A DNA stretch of 24,000 nt. Source: Hydrocarboniclastica marina. Its GTDB lineage: Bacteria > Pseudomonadota > Gammaproteobacteria > Pseudomonadales > Oleiphilaceae. The position numbers and the translations under genes were made by a program. The notes beneath the pieces are model-generated. The model had not been told where the DNA came from and made no database searches. It saw only the letters and a list, made by a program, of their open reading frames with translations. The stretch spans positions 2,580,692 through 2,604,691 of the forward strand of contig NZ_CP031093.1 of the NCBI RefSeq assembly GCF_004851605.1, given 5' to 3'. Shown in pieces: positions 23,198 to 24,000 of the stretch (positions are counted from its first letter, which is position 1; every line of letters begins with the position of its first letter).

Positions 23198-24000
23198 ATG
23201 GATCTGATCGAACTGTTCATCGCCAGCCCGGCCTATTTCTACCCGGTCGTGTTTGTGGTCTCGCTCTGCATTGGCAGTTTCCTGAATGTGGTTATTTTAC
23301 GCCTGCCCAAGATGATGCAGGCCAAGTGGCGCTGTGATTGCGAGGAGTTTCTGGAGATTCCGCGCGAAAAGCGTCAGCCGCCGTCAGACCTGAGTCTTTC
23401 TCACCCCAATTCGACCTGCCCGAACTGCAAGCATGAGATCCGCCCCTGGGAGAACATCCCAGTAATCAGTTATCTGGCGCTCGGCGGGAAATGTGGCAAA
23501 TGCAAAACCCGGATCTCGCCCCGCTATCCCATTATCGAGGCGGTCACGGCCCTGCTCTCTCTTGGAACCGTTCTGATGCTGGGCCCCTCGGTTGGCTCCC
23601 TCCTTGCCCTGATTCTGGTCTGGTCGCTGGTGGCGTTGACCTTTATTGATTTCGATACCCAGCTTCTGCCCGACGATATCACCCTGCCGCTCCTGTGGCT
23701 GGGGCTGGTAATCAACTATTTTGAGATTTTGGTGCCATTCAGCAGTGCGTTCTGGGGCGCCATTTTTGGTTACCTCGCACTCTGGCTGGTCTACCACGCT
23801 TTCCGTCTGATCACCGGTAAGGAAGGCATGGGTTATGGAGACTTTAAACTGCTGGCGGTTCTGGGCGCGTGGCTTGGCTGGGAAATGCTACCGGCTGTTA
23901 TTTTGTTGTCGTCACTGGTCGGCGCCGGGGTTGGCATCAGCCTGATCCTGTTCCGCGGCCAGGGCCGGGAGGTACCGATTCCGTTCGGGCCGTACCTTGC
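23198..24000 (+). CDS. pilD: Prepilin peptidase / N-methyltransferase (5' part; continues beyond the right edge)
   Basis: Absent from the track because it runs off the edge. MDLIELFIASPAYFYPVVF...CPNCKHEIRPWENIPVISYLALGGKCGKCKTRISPRYPIIE...FIDFDTQLLPD...GKEGMGYGDFKLLA carries the two Cys pairs and both catalytic Asp motifs. Confidence 0.9.
   Translation, partial: MDLIELFIASPAYFYPVVFVVSLCIGSFLNVVILRLPKMMQAKWRCDCEEFLEIPREKRQPPSDLSLSHPNSTCPNCKHEIRPWENIPVISYLALGGKCGKCKTRISPRYPIIEAVTALLSLGTVLMLGPSVGSLLALILVWSLVALTFIDFDTQLLPDDITLPLLWLGLVINYFEILVPFSSAFWGAIFGYLALWLVYHAFRLITGKEGMGYGDFKLLAVLGAWLGWEMLPAVILLSSLVGAGVGISLILFRGQGREVPIPFGPYL

Overview
This looks like a gammaproteobacterial chromosome, Marinobacter-like by its REP elements and gene content (inference only; I had no database search). 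All family calls rest on motifs read by eye.

The window has three parts:
- **1-13.05 kb, copper/metal-resistance island.**
  - It starts with a YVTN beta-propeller gene that runs off the left edge, then an ATP-grasp-like gene.
  - A minus-strand operon follows: HMA-like protein, APC permease, small membrane protein, Cu P-type ATPase, DUF302.
  - A second minus-strand operon carries a CopI-like cupredoxin, a multicopper oxidase and CopB.
  - A divergent PhoP/PhoQ-like two-component system closes this part.
- **13.05-18.56 kb, sparsely coding accessory segment ending at the 3' end of tRNA-Thr(CGU).**
  - It holds three stand-alone DUF2384 (ParS/MbcA-type antitoxin-domain) genes with no RES toxin.
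  - Two diverged inverted copies of a promoter/operator/small-acidic-protein module sit near its two ends.
  - It also holds an orphan NuoA-like gene with a Cys-less, truncated NuoB-like gene, and an Integrase_1-type tyrosine recombinase with a small partner ORF.
  - About 1 kb has no convincing ORF.
- **18.56-24 kb, conserved pilus locus.** tRNA-Thr, pilA (sigma-54 promoter), and divergent pilB-pilC-pilD with an 80-bp REP/BIME-like tandem repeat between pilB and pilC.

Most notable observations:
- **Candidate regulon.** A PhoP-type direct-repeat box (NTTCAG-N5-NTTCAG) occurs five times, always intergenic and always facing the downstream operon. This suggests the metal genes and the NuoA/B-like pair share a regulon under the adjacent PhoPQ-like system.
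- **Homopolymer frameshifts.** Three genes are broken at 4-nt homopolymers: DUF302, the multicopper oxidase (signal peptide separated from the enzyme body) and a 70-aa ORF. I cannot tell gene decay from homopolymer sequencing error.
- **Accessory-segment architecture.** The combination of genes listed above matches no system I know.
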